From Octopus sinensis (lineage: Eukaryota): a stretch of DNA of 64,000 nucleotides. The notes below the pieces were generated by a model, which did no database searches, was not told where the DNA came from, and worked only from the letters and a program-made list of their open reading frames with translations. Shown piece by piece: positions 38,126 through 51,813 of the stretch. Within the stretch, counting starts at the first letter, position 1; the number at the start of each line of letters is the position of its first letter. Both the position numbers and the translations under genes were made by a program. The stretch spans positions 64,108,001 through 64,172,000 of the forward strand of contig NC_043007.1 of the NCBI RefSeq assembly GCF_006345805.1. Direction: 5' to 3'.

Positions 38126-38914
38126 AAGTTTCTTTGTTCTGTACAAAATGCAAACTGGATTAAGTATGAATAAAAAGTTTGACTCTGCAAAGTAGCATTG
38201 GATATGGAGGACATTTAAATGTCCAACTTACATGAAGCAGTGAGCACAAGTGAAAGGCAAAGTAGACTTCAGTCAGATTTGAACTTAGATATAAGATACA
38301 AAAGTAAGAAGAATTATGATATACTGTACATCAAATTGTCCAAACAATGCTAGCGATAGAAATGGTAGTGATGGTGGTGGCTGCAGTATCAATATCAGTG
38401 ACACAAATGAAAACAATGACAAAAGCAATACCATTTTGATTTGTTAATGGTTACTCGTGCCAAATACAGAGTAGGAAAAAAATGCCTTATTTCTCAAAAG
38501 GAATTTTCACTTTTGCTGGTGCCCTGGTAAATACATCTAACAAGCAACATCATAAAAAAATTAAGATAGGTAGTAGCAAAAACCACAACAACCTCAAAAT
38601 AGGGAAGTAAAAACACATCTATGTGAAAAATTACAACATTGAAAATCTGTGCAACCTATACAAGCATGAAAAGACTGATGTGAAAATAGAAAATAATATA
38701 TGTATATATACAGAGTATCTCATAATGATAGGATGTATTTTATTTGTAATTTACAAGATTGTGGATACTTGACCATGCTTATTCCAGCCCTAGTTACTTG
38801 CTTTTAAAATGTGTCCGACATTATATTCTGAGCTGAGTTCAAGATTTTTGGATATGGTGAAGGAATTGAGAAACCAATGCCAGTACACACCCACCAATCA
38901 ACCAGCTTAAAGAG

Positions 38915-38975
38915 CAGAGCTAAGATCTGTGGCAGGGTTGTCTGAAAGACAACCTTACCACAGATCTTAGTTCTG
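38915..38975 (+). other. 28-bp stem hairpin with 5-nt loop
   Basis: cagagctaagatctgtggcagggttgtc-tgaaa-gacaaccttaccacagatcttagttctg; 2 G-U pairs and 1 mismatch on the + strand. Confidence 0.75.
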
Positions 38976-39379
38976 GTGTTTCTTTGCCAATTCAACAATG
39001 ATGTTATTAATCACTATTTATAAATTGACTTTTCACATTCAGATATATCAATAAATTAAGATAATTAGTTACTTTAGAGTTTAAGACAAGTTGACAAAGC
39101 CTGATGGCATTCTCTGCAGCATACACAAACATACTTCATTTGGTTGAGCCAATGAAGGAGCCTCTTATGTGATAGTTCAACCTGATAGAAATAATAGGGA
39201 ACTCCCTTAAATCACTCCTTAATGTCTTAGATATAAAATAATAAATTGCTTAATGTGATTCTGGTTGCACACTTCCTGCCAATAAGACAGGATGACCATG
39301 GTTTGAATGCCATTAATTAGAGATAACAATAGCCATATTTGGTAAAGACAGACTTTCTTGCAAATGAAATAGTTTGTGA

Positions 39380-39900
39380 CATTTATGAGAAAAGACTATG
39401 CCCATAGAATTTGTAGAATCTCCAAGATGTGAGATCAACGTGGTTAATGTTCCTTTTGAACAGTTTCATATCAATAGGTGCAACAAAAATATGGTCAAAG
39501 AGAAAATTCCAAGGGGGTGATATTCTGGGAGGAATATCTGGGCGAACTGAAATGTATGAAATCAGTGGGGGACAGAATGGTTGGTAGAATATGGGTGATG
39601 AATCTGAAGTGCCTAAGTGGAGATGACATAGGATGATCCAGAACCAAGGAACAGAGGCTACTGAAGTAAATGGTGAAATTGGTGGAGAGAGGACACAGCA
39701 CATATATTGGCCAGAGATTGGAATATAGTGGGGAGCAGCTTCAATGTAGTTTACGATGTCTGGATGTGTGGCAGTAGTATTGTCCATGATATGGAACAAT
39801 ACTCCATTCTAGGTTCCACATGAGCTTTATAGAAAGTTGGTAGTTTTAGCAATCGTTAGAGTGAGAGTGTAGATTTTGTTGTATTGAGGATGTAGTTTTG
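39380..39900 (-). pseudogene. CR1/L2/Jockey-group LINE RT C-terminal remnant
   Basis: LYKAHVEPRMEYCS...QSLA...AVSS...PRISPPWN...LFKRNIN, frameshifted. Confidence 0.65.
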
Positions 39901-40836
39901 TCACATGACTGAAGGTGAGTCATAGCATTCATTGTGACCTTCAAGGGCCTAAATGCACACTGTTTGTGTTTGGAGGAATTGGCAGCAATAATGTTTTTTA
40001 CTATGTTTAGTGATTATACTTTGGTGCCATTGAAAAAAGCAAGATTAGTATAACCTTTAATAGAAAAAGGTTTTAAGGTTGCTGTTCATGGTTTAGTGCA
40101 TAACAACCTCAGCAGAGGCATTCCACTGGAAGTCTGTCCTTTCCAACTGTGAGCACTCTAGCCGTGTAACAGGTTTTACTCTCAGTGAAGTAAGGGTAGT
40201 GATGACAATGTTTCTGGCATGATCTGCTTCAGGACCAGCTAGTACCACTTGCAAAGTATACAAAAACTTCTCACTGCAACTTTAGAAGCTAGCAGAACTT
40301 TTAAGGATGCTTTGGAAAAAGTAACGGGAATCCTGGGTCTGGACACTTACTGGGGGCTGCTTTATCTTTAAAAAAAAACAGACTTAACCAATTTTTAGGG
40401 ATACCACATGTTAGATATTGAAGATAAAGTATTCTAGTCCAACACTGCTAAAAGACTAACGTGTCCTCTCGCCAATGAATGCATTGACGGAAAAGTACAA
40501 AAGAAGGACACCCCACCCCCCAGGGTAATTTGAGTGTCTTGAGCATAACAGTAATCAACCAGCTAGTTAAGGAAGTAAAATTACTGCTCTATTTCTTACA
40601 GAAGATCGGTCAAAGAGAGAAAAAAATGAAGAAAGTCATAAAGGAAATAACATTAGCGATTGAGAAAAGCTCAAGCTGATTGTGGTTAACAAGAGCCCAT
40701 AGATGGAACCATTCTGCAGACGAAGGATAATCTGGTCTTTGTTGCCCCACTCAAGCCAAGCATACAGGATAAGCGAAATGCTTGTGATTGAGATATCTGC
40801 TAAAAATACTGACGGGTTCGTAACAATGCGAATGTT

Positions 40837-40896
40837 TTATTCATCCTTCAGAGAAACATTTGCAACCTCTTTAAGTAGTTCCTGTAATTTCTCAAC
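40837..40896 (-). CDS. Candidate terminal coding exon
   Basis: ttttgcctaaacctgcag| then VEKLQELLKEVANVSLKDE*; amphipathic-helix pattern. Confidence 0.3.
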   Translation of the reverse strand, partial: VEKLQELLKEVANVSLKDE

Positions 40897-41522
40897 CTGC
40901 AGGTTTAGGCAAAACATCATAGATGCTTATTTCACCAACTAATGAAATGAAATGGGGTTTCGAGTAGTATACACACACACACACACACAACACAACACAA
41001 CACACATACTTTAGTGTTAGTTATTCAGTTGAAGCGATACAGATGCACCAGCTCAGTATAAAGAGAAATTATACAACAGTTAGTGAAATAAAATTATAAC
41101 AATTTTCGTTCAGGTTATTCTTGATATCGAAAACTTTTATTATAGACACGATTAAACCAGTTTATGAAGAGGTAATCAAATTGTTACAAAAAAATTAATG
41201 TTTCCATAGATTTTCTTGTCATTGTTTTAAAAAAGAATAAAAAATAACATATGCGTGAATATCTAAAGTATTTAGAAGGTAGTAAATCAAGCAAAACTGA
41301 TGTGTTCATTGCTAGAGCGTAAGTTAGCATAAGCGTAACGAAAAATTAACAAAATCGCTCTTTCTATAAAAATTTATACTTGGAGTGATCTCCCTTTAGC
41401 TTTTATTTATATTCTTTTCCGAAGATATTTTTCAGAACTTTCTTTGTTCAGTTGGATCTCTCTCTCTCTGTATATGTGTAGGTGTGTATGTATGTGTACC
41501 TGAGTGTGTGTGGGTGTGTGAA

Positions 41523-41555
<33 letters not shown>

Positions 41556-41570
41556 CTATGCATATATCTC

Positions 41571-41609
<39 letters not shown>

Positions 41610-41927
41610 TATATATATACAGAGAGAGAAACAAATAAGCAGACAGACAGACAGACATGGGATTAGTACCGTTATAAAACATGGACCAATTGGACCGTTG
41701 CCCGGGAGATCCACGAGTTCAATCACTGTACCCTATGTGTGTGGATGTAGGGGGCATCAGTGCATTGCTTCACTCGAGGCGGGGTGGGGGACAAAACTGT
41801 TGATAAGACGGACCTGCACAACAATTGTGTGGTTGTGTGTGTATAACATATGCATATGCTACGCGACATTGGCATGTGTGTGTGTGTGTAGTCTATTCAG
41901 GCCATTAACTAGGCGTGAATAAACTAT

Positions 41928-41962
<35 letters not shown>

Positions 41963-42082
41963 GAGTTACTATGGCTAGCAGCCATGGAAACTAGAGACCA
42001 GTACTCTACGTCTATATTGAGTACTTCATCTCAACAACGTTATTTAAAAATGGAGATTATATATATACATATATACATATAC

Positions 42083-42150
<68 letters not shown>

Positions 42151-42543
42151 ATATATAATATTATATAATTTTATAGTATATTATATTATAAACATCTATC
42201 CATAAATATGTATGTATATGTGTATGTATATATGTGTATGTATACACACACACACATACACACAATATTAAAAATTCAAATGAATCAGGTACTTAAATGA
42301 TAGGCAACAGGTTGAGTCAAATTAACTTGTATAACAGTACTTTTATTCAAATGAATATCACAGGTACTGAAGTACATCTAGTGAAATATTCAGGTTATGT
42401 ATACAGAGAATTTAACCCTTGAATATTTTAATAGCCTGTGGGCTAATCCAAAAGTGTACGTTGTATTGGTCGTATGGTATTTGGTATACTCCAGAATATC
42501 TGGTGGGTTGGGATTTCAGTAAGGTGTATTATGAACAAATTAA

Positions 42544-42846
42544 AAACAAATAATGGATAAGTGTCACTACATTACAATTGTTTCCAATGGATTTTTTAAA
42601 TAGATTAATGAGTACATTACATCATAACTAAAAGAAACGCTTTCTTCAGATTGTGCATAACATTTCAAACAATATAAGAACAGCACTTGACCATAGTGTT
42701 ATTCTTATATTGTTTGAAATGTTATGTATAATCTGAAGAAAGCATTTTATTTTTGTTATTATGTAATGTACTCATTAATCTATTTTAAAAATTTGTTGAA
42801 AACAGCTGTAATGAAGTAACACTTATCCATTGTTATTTATTTGTTT
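42544..42846. repeat. ~300-bp fold-back with two divergent decayed hammerhead-like motifs
   Basis: Arms mirror; CTGAAGA at 42643-49 (-) and 42733-39 (+); GAAACAATTGTA (-) and GAAAACAGCTGTA (+). Confidence 0.8.
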
Positions 42847-42850
42847 GTGT

Positions 42851-42932
<82 letters not shown>

Positions 42933-43014
42933 TGTGGGTGTGTGTGTGTGTGTGTAAATCAGAAAATTTGTTAAAGCAGAATTTCTAATTGAAGCAGTGT
43001 TGCTTTCTTGCACT

Positions 43015-43054
<40 letters not shown>

Positions 43055-43317
43055 TTTTATGTTTATCTCTAAAGATGTGTGTGTGCATGTGTCTCTGTGT
43101 CTGTATTTTCCTCACCACCATCTCCACTTAACAACAGGTGTTGGTTTGTTTACATTCATGGCTCTTAGTAGTTCAGTGAAAGAGATAAATAGCATAAGTA
43201 CTAGACTTAAAAAACTAAGTACTGGGGTCAATTGTTAAATTATAACCCTTCAACTGTTCAAGGTTGTGCACCAGGTATGCAAACACACACAGTCTAATAA
43301 CTGAAACAAATAAATAT

Positions 43318-43368
<51 letters not shown>

Positions 43369-43428
43369 ATATATATCATACACACACATATATATATACA
43401 TATGTGTATATACATACATATATATATA

Positions 43429-44312
43429 CAGGGTGTAGTGAATAAACTGTCGTCTAAATTACACAAAAATGAAAATAACAGACATCTCATTTTAACATAT
43501 ATTTACCAAAATTATATTAAAATATCTTGAAATACTAAAGAGTAAATTTATTCAATAAAATCGCTGTTGGCTTCAATCACTGCCTCCAGATGACTTCAGA
43601 ATCTCCTGCAACTCTTCTGGACAGTCCTCTTGTTTAAGTTCATGAATGCTGACATAATCCTTGCCTTCAGTTCATCTTCGCTGTTATGAGGATTTCTGTC
43701 GGTCTCTTGCTCACTTGTGCCCCACATATAATAATCAAAGGGGTTGCAGTTTGGGGAGTTAGGTAACCAGATGTTAGGGGTGATGTGGTTGCAGAAATTG
43801 CCTCACAGCTATGACTGAGTTCATCTGCTTGTGTGGCATGGTGCAGAGTATTGTTGTCAGACATAGGGTCTTACAGCAGCTACCCTCTTGACCCAGGGCA
43901 GCACTACCTCATCCAGACATTTGATGTAGGCTTCCGTGTTGAGTCTGAGGCCATGTGGGAAGATGAATGGAGGCATAATGTTGCCATCACTATTGATCAC
44001 TCCAAGCACCATGATGTTGAATGGATGTTTGATTTTTATCATCCTCGGTACATGTCCTCAGGTTGCACAGTCCTCGGATTGACACCCAAACACTCTGAAA
44101 TGTTTGTATTGGAGCTTCTAGCATGAATGCCAAGCAGTACAGTATGTTGTATCCAAATTTCTGGAAGTGTGAATTGGGTTATGATGCTGCTTTTCTCACA
44201 GAAGGTGCCCAACTGACCCTACTATACTGTGTAGTTGACAAAATCAAAAACAAACAATGTGTATGCAAAAATTAAAAATATAAAATGGCGACAATTTACC
44301 CATCACACCCTG
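43429..44312 (-). mobile_element. Second non-autonomous DD37D (maT-type) element
   Basis: cagggtg TIRs, TA flanks, same structure as 8830-9704 in opposite orientation. Confidence 0.9.
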
Positions 44313-44323
44313 TATATACATAC

Positions 44324-44355
<32 letters not shown>

Positions 44356-44571
44356 GTATAGTATAATTCAAACATCCAAGCATAATCTTTTCTATATTGA
44401 AATTAACATTACATGAAGAAGTTTGCAAAACAGCCATAATTCTAAGGATGTCATATGGTTAAATAAATATGTATACCTCCTACCATTTATGGTTTATATA
44501 TATACATGCTAACACACATACAAACCTAATATAATATACTCATATACATACATACATACATAGATACATAT

Positions 44572-44650
<79 letters not shown>

Positions 44651-45088
44651 AATATACATATATTATATATATTATCTTTTATAATATTATGTATGTATGT
44701 ATGTATGTATGTATGTATAAAATCAGTCAAAGGTTCACAAGTCAAACAAAATAGCACACTCTAAAAGTATTTGGAAAGTTATATTTTTATACTTTTATAT
44801 TGTCTAGTATGCAATAACCAGAAATATACCATCTGACCATATACATATTACATTGTTTTATATTATATTACATCATATATATATATATATATATATATTC
44901 AATTAGAGGTTAAATTAGCCTCATTAAGGGATGGTATCATTCAATGAATTACATTTGTTGTGAATAATAACATTCATAAAACAATAGGTTTATATATAAA
45001 TCCTGGTTTATAATCATTCAAAAGAAAATAACAAAATTGAGATATAGCATTTAATAAAAATTCATTATCTGCAAAAATCAAACATAGT

Positions 45089-45173
45089 CCCTTACAGCTG
45101 TTTCAATTAAGCCTAAAAAGATTAAATAGCAATTATTTTAAATTGTTATATTAGGCAAAGTCTCTTCAAAGGG
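45089..45173 (-). ncRNA. Hammerhead-like motif, C3-to-U
   Basis: ccct-TTGAAGA-long AT-rich helix II (gcctaa/ttaggc)-GAAA-C-AGCT-G-TA|aggg. Confidence 0.55.
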
Positions 45174-45584
45174 GTAGAAAAAAAGTTATATTGTCAGCTA
45201 TAGGAGAAGGCACACACCCATGATGTCACAGAATGGGACTGAATCTGGAACCATGTGGTTGGGAAGCAAGATTCTTACCACACAGCCACACACACATCTA
45301 TATACACATTTGTATACATAAATGCACATGCCAGCACTAGAAAAACTATTAAGCAAAATAAGCACGTGCTTAAGGCAACAAGGGAAGGGGGACACCACAG
45401 AAATGGAAAATGGTTTATGGCACAAAAGAAATAATTTTAAACTTGTTAAAATAATATTCAAAGTGATTTATATGATCTGAGAAATTTATTTTATGGGCTA
45501 TTATTGTTTATGTTTTAAATTACATATGTAGAGGTACTTAGGGCCTTTTTGAGTCCTAATCTGGCCCTGCACACCCCAACATGT

Positions 45585-45593
45585 ATGTATGTA

Positions 45594-45642
<49 letters not shown>

Positions 45643-45691
45643 TGTGTGTGTGTGTGTGTGGATGGATGGATGGATGGATGGATGGATGGAT

Positions 45692-45745
<54 letters not shown>
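45585..45745. repeat. Compound (GTAT)(GT)(GGAT)(AT) microsatellite
   Basis: Direct reading. Confidence 0.95.
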
Positions 45746-45748
<3 letters not shown>

Positions 45749-45849
45749 TGTAGTCGAGAAACAGCTGGTAATTTGAACATTCCCCTTTTCATCTGTCCAC
45801 TGAGGGTCACATTTTGACATGTGTGTGTGTGTGTGTATGTGCGTGCGTG

Positions 45850-48800
45850 CGAAGGAAGAAACTTATTTAATCAATGCCTACTACTACATTACTTTGTATT
45901 ACTCAATAACCCGCTTTAGCTTAAGCACGTTGCGAACAGGGACCGCAACGCCTTTGCTATTGTTACTGAATTCTTTCCCTAAACGTTTTCCTTTTCCTTG
46001 GAAGTACCTCAACTTTCTTCTCCTTAATGAATTTAGGAATTTATACTTTTGCAATACACACAGCAAGCACGCATCTATAAAAATTATCTACAGTTTATGC
46101 GGCAGAACATTTCTTTCTTTAATAATCAACTGAAGATCACGTTGAAATTAGCACATTCCGACAGTATATTTTCTATGTCGAATTGTTTTTACTACTTAAC
46201 AAATCACGAAACTGTTTCTTGGCCTTTCACAGAGATTACTCTTTGAAACAAGGGTTTTCTCTTTGCAAAATAGCTGTCAGCTGTGAAAATACTGCAACCG
46301 GATCATTCTACAAAGCTCAAAAAGGCCCTAAGTACCTCTACATGAATTGAGGAAGGTCAATTAGCAAGCAAGTTGCGAAATCGAAGGAGTGTCAGCTGTT
46401 CGACACACTGAATTTCATCAACCTCAAACACACACACATCCGAAGAAAATAAAACTTGACAGATTTAAGTGACTTGTACATGCTTTATCCATTCATCCGC
46501 ACATACGTACATATATTCCCACATGCACACATATACACATACATACATACGTACGTAAAGCACCTCCAACTCACGCAAACACACCCTTACATTGAGGGTG
46601 GGAAATTTATACACAAACTTAGACGACAATGTCGTCAATTCACCCTCTGCTGCTGTTCTCGATGATTAATTAGAGTATCAGCTGATATTACGGCACATGG
46701 AGTTGACAAAATATCTTATTAATAGCAATTTAACTGTTTGTGCGTGCGTGTGTGTACACACACATAGAGAGAGAAAGTGGGGAGAGGGAAGCGTGTATTG
46801 ATTTCCGAATCGGAACTCGTGTAGGTTCGAGTTTATTACATAAAGTATGAGAAAAACTTTAAAAAAAAAAAAAAAAGTTTTTAATAGTCAAGTGCCGCTT
46901 ATTTTTGTCTTTTACCAAAAGTGCAAGTACATCTACAGTTATTTAATGCACCGAAGAAATCATTCTGAAAATAAACAATAGTATTTCTTCCGGTAGATAC
47001 TAGCTTCAACATACACTTTCAAATTATTCTTATTATTTTATGATCAATTCGGAGATGAGAAAGGCAAGTATTCAAAATCCTTTTTAAGATATCCAAAATT
47101 ATTTTTACAGCTTTCTTGAACTGCAATTATATAATGTCTCCTCCACTTTTTTTAAGACGGCTGTGATTCTAGGGAAATTTAGCTGCTACTTCTAGTGCGT
47201 TGAGAGGGCATGTTGATTGTCCCGACTGTATGTCTAAATTATTCTACATCCCGCTTAGAGTGTTTTCGTTCTCTGATGCCTTTGAGAAAAAACGTACCTC
47301 AAAAACTCCCATTTCATCTGTCGCTTACTGAAAGGTCATACGTCTAATTAAAAATATATACTGTGGTCTGTGAACAAAATAACCTCTCAAATCTTGACAT
47401 TCTCCCCAGTGCTATTTTTCCTTGTCTTTTTAAGTGTGTATTTGATAGGGGTAGGGAATACATTTTATTATTTTACCTTAATTACTTCCTAGTTCTAGGA
47501 ATATCATTTTAAATATAAACTCACATCGGTTTCAATACACCGGATCCGGTTGGCATAACTACAGATTGGTACTCCACGACTTAATTTCTTCATTACCCTC
47601 TTTAACATACAATTTTTTTTTTTACCTAAGTAAGTTTTCGAGGGTGTGGGTTACGATTATGTTGATAATATTAATTTTGTTAAGCAATTTCAAATCCTAC
47701 TCCTGTAAGTTGGGGGTTGGAAAAAGCAAGAATGATCCCAAACTATACGCCCCCCCCCCCAATTTTATCAGCATAATAGTAATCTGCACTTTTGAAAAGG
47801 TATTTCTGTAAAATGTCATTTAAAAAATATGCACTTTAGAAAGAGTTGTGAGGAAACAAAATCGAATGGACGAATTATTTAAAAAAATAATTCTTATAAA
47901 AATATTGTCGAAAATGTTACTAACATAATCACGGAAATGTTTCATTAAAAAATAAACATATTTTAGAAAGTTATGAGGAAGCATAAATTGAGGGCGGGGC
48001 ACTAATCTATAGGTATGCGATCTGGTTTTTTTTCCTTTTTTCTCTCTCTCTCTCTTTGCCACTCCCGATTTCAGATATCCGCAGGCATATTCATACGTCA
48101 AACAATCATCGGGGTTTTTTTCTTAATATATTTTTTTATTTGCTGTACTTATTAAGTAAATGAACTACACACAAAATAGTTTGATCATCGTGCTCACATA
48201 AACACTTTTTTTCAAAGCAGAAGCACTATAAGTTATATAACATCTACCTTATACAAAAAATAGATTTTCGTTGACTGTTTTGTGCAGTTCACTTAGTTAA
48301 GTTGACATATTATTGTCACTTATTCTCTTATTTAAAGGTGTGTTCTTATTGATTTTAACAAACATTTTGACCTTATAAGAGCATAGAAAAGCAGCCTCCT
48401 AAATATCAGATTTCGCTAGTTACGATCCCGCCATCTGATGACGTTATTCGCACTGTGTATGGATACCGACAACAAAGAACCATTCTCTCTAACAGGTGAC
48501 AAAAATATCAAATAAACAAATTGATCGTTCTCGTGTGAGGGAAATCGACCTTGTCCGCTCTAAGTTTCTAAACCTGTCCATTTCGCTTGTCTTAGAAAAT
48601 TCGATCTTGTTCATTTTTAACCTTTACACCCCATGTCATTTTCGAGAGAGATATTTCGCTCCCTCACTACCGAGTCATTCGTACTTTTCTTCCTCTTACT
48701 TTTTTCTCAAACCATTCTGTCTTGCAAAGCAAAATATATTCTGTTTTTGTCCAGGATATTTACGGGATATGAATCCATTGTCTCTTCAGTTGAGAGAAGC

Positions 48801-49446
48801 CGATAAGTTTTTACTCAGCCATTGCGACATTTCGCCATTGAGGGGTAATCACATATTTTGGTAGAATATTTGGAGTGAAAAAGATCTTTAATGCGGCAAA
48901 CCGAAAATAGAAAAATTAATAAAAAGAAATTTAAAAACAGTATTTTATGTGAACATTTATGCACGTATATAATTATAGATTTTTTTTTCGTAGCGATGAG
49001 ACCTCAACTTTGAGCGTGGGAAGAAGATATGACGTTAATCATTTCTGAGCGTTATTAGTGTGATACAATAAAGTTACTAAACAGCAAGGCATTCTCACAC
49101 CGAATGCAGGTTAACGGGGAATTGATTTTCATGCTGTATTGTCGAGTCAAAGTCGAACAAATTCATAAATAAACTTAATATTGCGAAAGCAAACACTTCC
49201 ATGATATGTACATTAAAACTATATCTCTGACATGGAATCAGAAACGATCATATATATATAAACAAGATAAATAGAATCAGTACATGAGTGTACTTTTCTG
49301 TTATTTTAAATCGACATAAAGTAATAAAAGTGTCTCAAGGCCCGACAGTTTCGGATATTGCACTTATCAAAAGGCCATGTACGAAACTCTCGGCCCTTAA
49401 GTCACTTTATAACTTTTTGCCGATTATAATTAAAGGTCACTCACTC

Positions 49447-49513
<67 letters not shown>

Positions 49514-50300
49514 TTTGTAGAAATAACATACACTCACACACACACACACTATACACTGTGTGTGTACATATATACACACACAATATAACCCATACACACG
49601 TTTGGAGTTAAAGCTTCATTTCTAATCAACCGATTTAAACAAGAATTTTTTTACGGTAGAAAGAGATAGCTATGAATATTGAAAAGAAGGCGACAAATAG
49701 TTATGTTTAATAAAACGAAAACCGTTTAAACTTATAAACATGTCCCACACCATAATGCAAACTCTATTGTGTCTTTAATGTGTGTAGGTGAGTTAAGTGG
49801 TGGGGGGCAATTTCCTCGAATATTTGGGTGGGTGGCTCAGTACTTTACTTTTTAAACATCTAAAACGAGTCGTTAAAAAGATTGGAATTTTTCGAAATGA
49901 AAACCTCGTTTCTGAGAGAAAAAACAAAACTTTTTAAAAAAATTTTGTTGACGTTATTTTTCGGTCTCTTTGATCTCTATTGTCAGGTCTTTATTTCTGA
50001 CGGCGTGCATCGTCCCAAACTGCAACTGTAGATTACAGGCGATAGTGTTTTTATCCAATAATGCTTCTGGCTTAAATGGAAGGTATCTAGTTTGGATCCA
50101 GTACATATCTGCGAATAAGACACCTGATGACAACTAGGAAGTAAACTGATAGAAACGTAATGTAGATATTTTTAGAAATGTTCATCCCAGAAGATGAGAT
50201 TAATAGTCTGTAAATTAACATCTTAATACAGTCCTACTTAACGCACCACACGTTATAAGTCAAAACAAAAACACACACAGATGAAATCAAGAAATTATTA
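45850..50300. promoter_or_regulatory. CpG-retaining, TE-poor region; possible promoter/5' exon zone
   Basis: Visibly more CpG than flanks; GC box gggcggggc ~47992-48000; TGACGT ~48438; several splice-like sites. Confidence 0.4.
49987..50082 (+). CDS. Candidate exon (phase 2-2, 96 nt)
   Basis: tttttcggtctctttgatctctattgtcag| ... gaag|gtatct; SLFLTACIVPNCNCRLQAIVFLSNNASGLNG. Confidence 0.35.
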
Positions 50301-50399
50301 ATACTGGAAACAGGAGCCTGTAATATTCTTGCTTTCCCTCAGATTATTAGTACCAGTAGAATAAATGTTTTATTCACATGCCTATGCGCACACACACAT

Positions 50400-50570
50400 A
50401 CATAGTAGGCACATTGTGGTTAAATGGTTACAAAGTTTATTTACCAACCACAAGATCCTAGGTTCAATCCCACTGCATAGCTTCTTGGGCAAACCGCATT
50501 TCCCATAGTCTTGAGGCAACTCCTACTTTGTAAGTGAAATTGAGTAGATGGAAACTGAATAGAAGCCCAT
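50400..50570 (+). mobile_element. SINE family B 5' part
   Basis: ggttcaatcccactgcatagcttcttgggcaa. Confidence 0.7.
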
Positions 50571-51175
50571 AGGGTGGATTGTACTAGTATTTGAAATGGC
50601 ACAGCCCTTGTCACACTGTGTTGCACTGATTTTGCCTGAGAATTTTGTGGAGATTACACATGCCTGCAGATTAATTCAGGAGCATGAAATTCAGTATGTC
50701 AAACAATTGAAATCTACTTATATGTAATACTCTCTCAACCAGCATGAATATGAGAGAGTCAGTATGCATTCTATAGTTTCCCTGTGAAAAATTCCAAAAG
50801 TTAAATTTTATTTTAATTCCTCTGAAGAAAAGGTTTTTTTTTTTATATGATGTAATTGATTTGTTCATCTATAAAAAAAATACATCTGAAGCAGGTGTAG
50901 TGAACCTCAGCCCATTTATGTTATTATTTATACTACACTTGGAACCTTCCCTGCATCAAATCTTGAGCCTACTATAGACTGTTGACTGCATACTGAGTAT
51001 ACTCATGCGATTTTACATATACACTGAATGTATTTGGTCGCACTTGTGGATGGGTGTGTAACTGGAAGGACAAATCCATATATACTCTAGTAAGTATATG
51101 AGTGTCTGTACACACTGTTGATACATGGGTATGCTATTCTTGACTCTACCTTGGTGTTCTTATCAAAATACCTCT

Positions 51176-51538
51176 AGGGTACCGAGCTGGCAGAATCACT
51201 AGTTTGCTAGGCAAAATACTTAGTGGCATTTTGCCTGTCCTTACATTCTGAGTTCAAATTCCATCAAAGTTGACTTTGCCTTGCATCCTTTCAGGGTCAA
51301 TGCAATAAGGACCAGTAGAGCACTAGAGTTGATACAACTGACTAACCCCCACCCCAAAATTTCAGGCCTTGTGCTTTAGTTGAAAGGATTATTAAAATAC
51401 CTCTGAGTTCAAATTCCACAAAGGTCAGCTTTGCAAATTATCCTTTCAGGGTCGATAAAATAAGTACTGGGGGTCAATGTAATTGACTTTCCCCTTCACC
51501 AAATTTCAGGCCTTGTGCCTATAGTAGAAAGAATTATT
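51176..51538 (+). mobile_element. Two family A SINEs in tandem at one target site
   Basis: aaaatacct at 51165, 51394 and 51539; second copy 5'-truncated. Confidence 0.85.
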
Positions 51539-51813
51539 AAAATACCTTGAATTTATTGTATCCTGCAAATAATTACATATATTTTTTTGTCTAAGTATTA
51601 TCTTCCTTTCAACTTCTTATTTTTCTTTCTCTTTACAACAGCGAGAGCTGATTATGTAATTTTCTCTAAACTAAAATGTATACTTTCCATGTTCATATTT
51701 GAATTTTTTGCGTTTCAATAATTTTTCTCTAATTTTACTCATTCTCGAATTTAATGGCCATATAGCAGTATGTAAACTGACTCAAGAAATCTCTAGTGAA
51801 ACTTTTTATTGAT

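Noticed and set aside
45895-46040. Minus-strand peptide YFQGKGKRLG resembling a p97-binding SHP box
   Set aside because: No start or credible acceptor in frame; such a short motif can arise by chance
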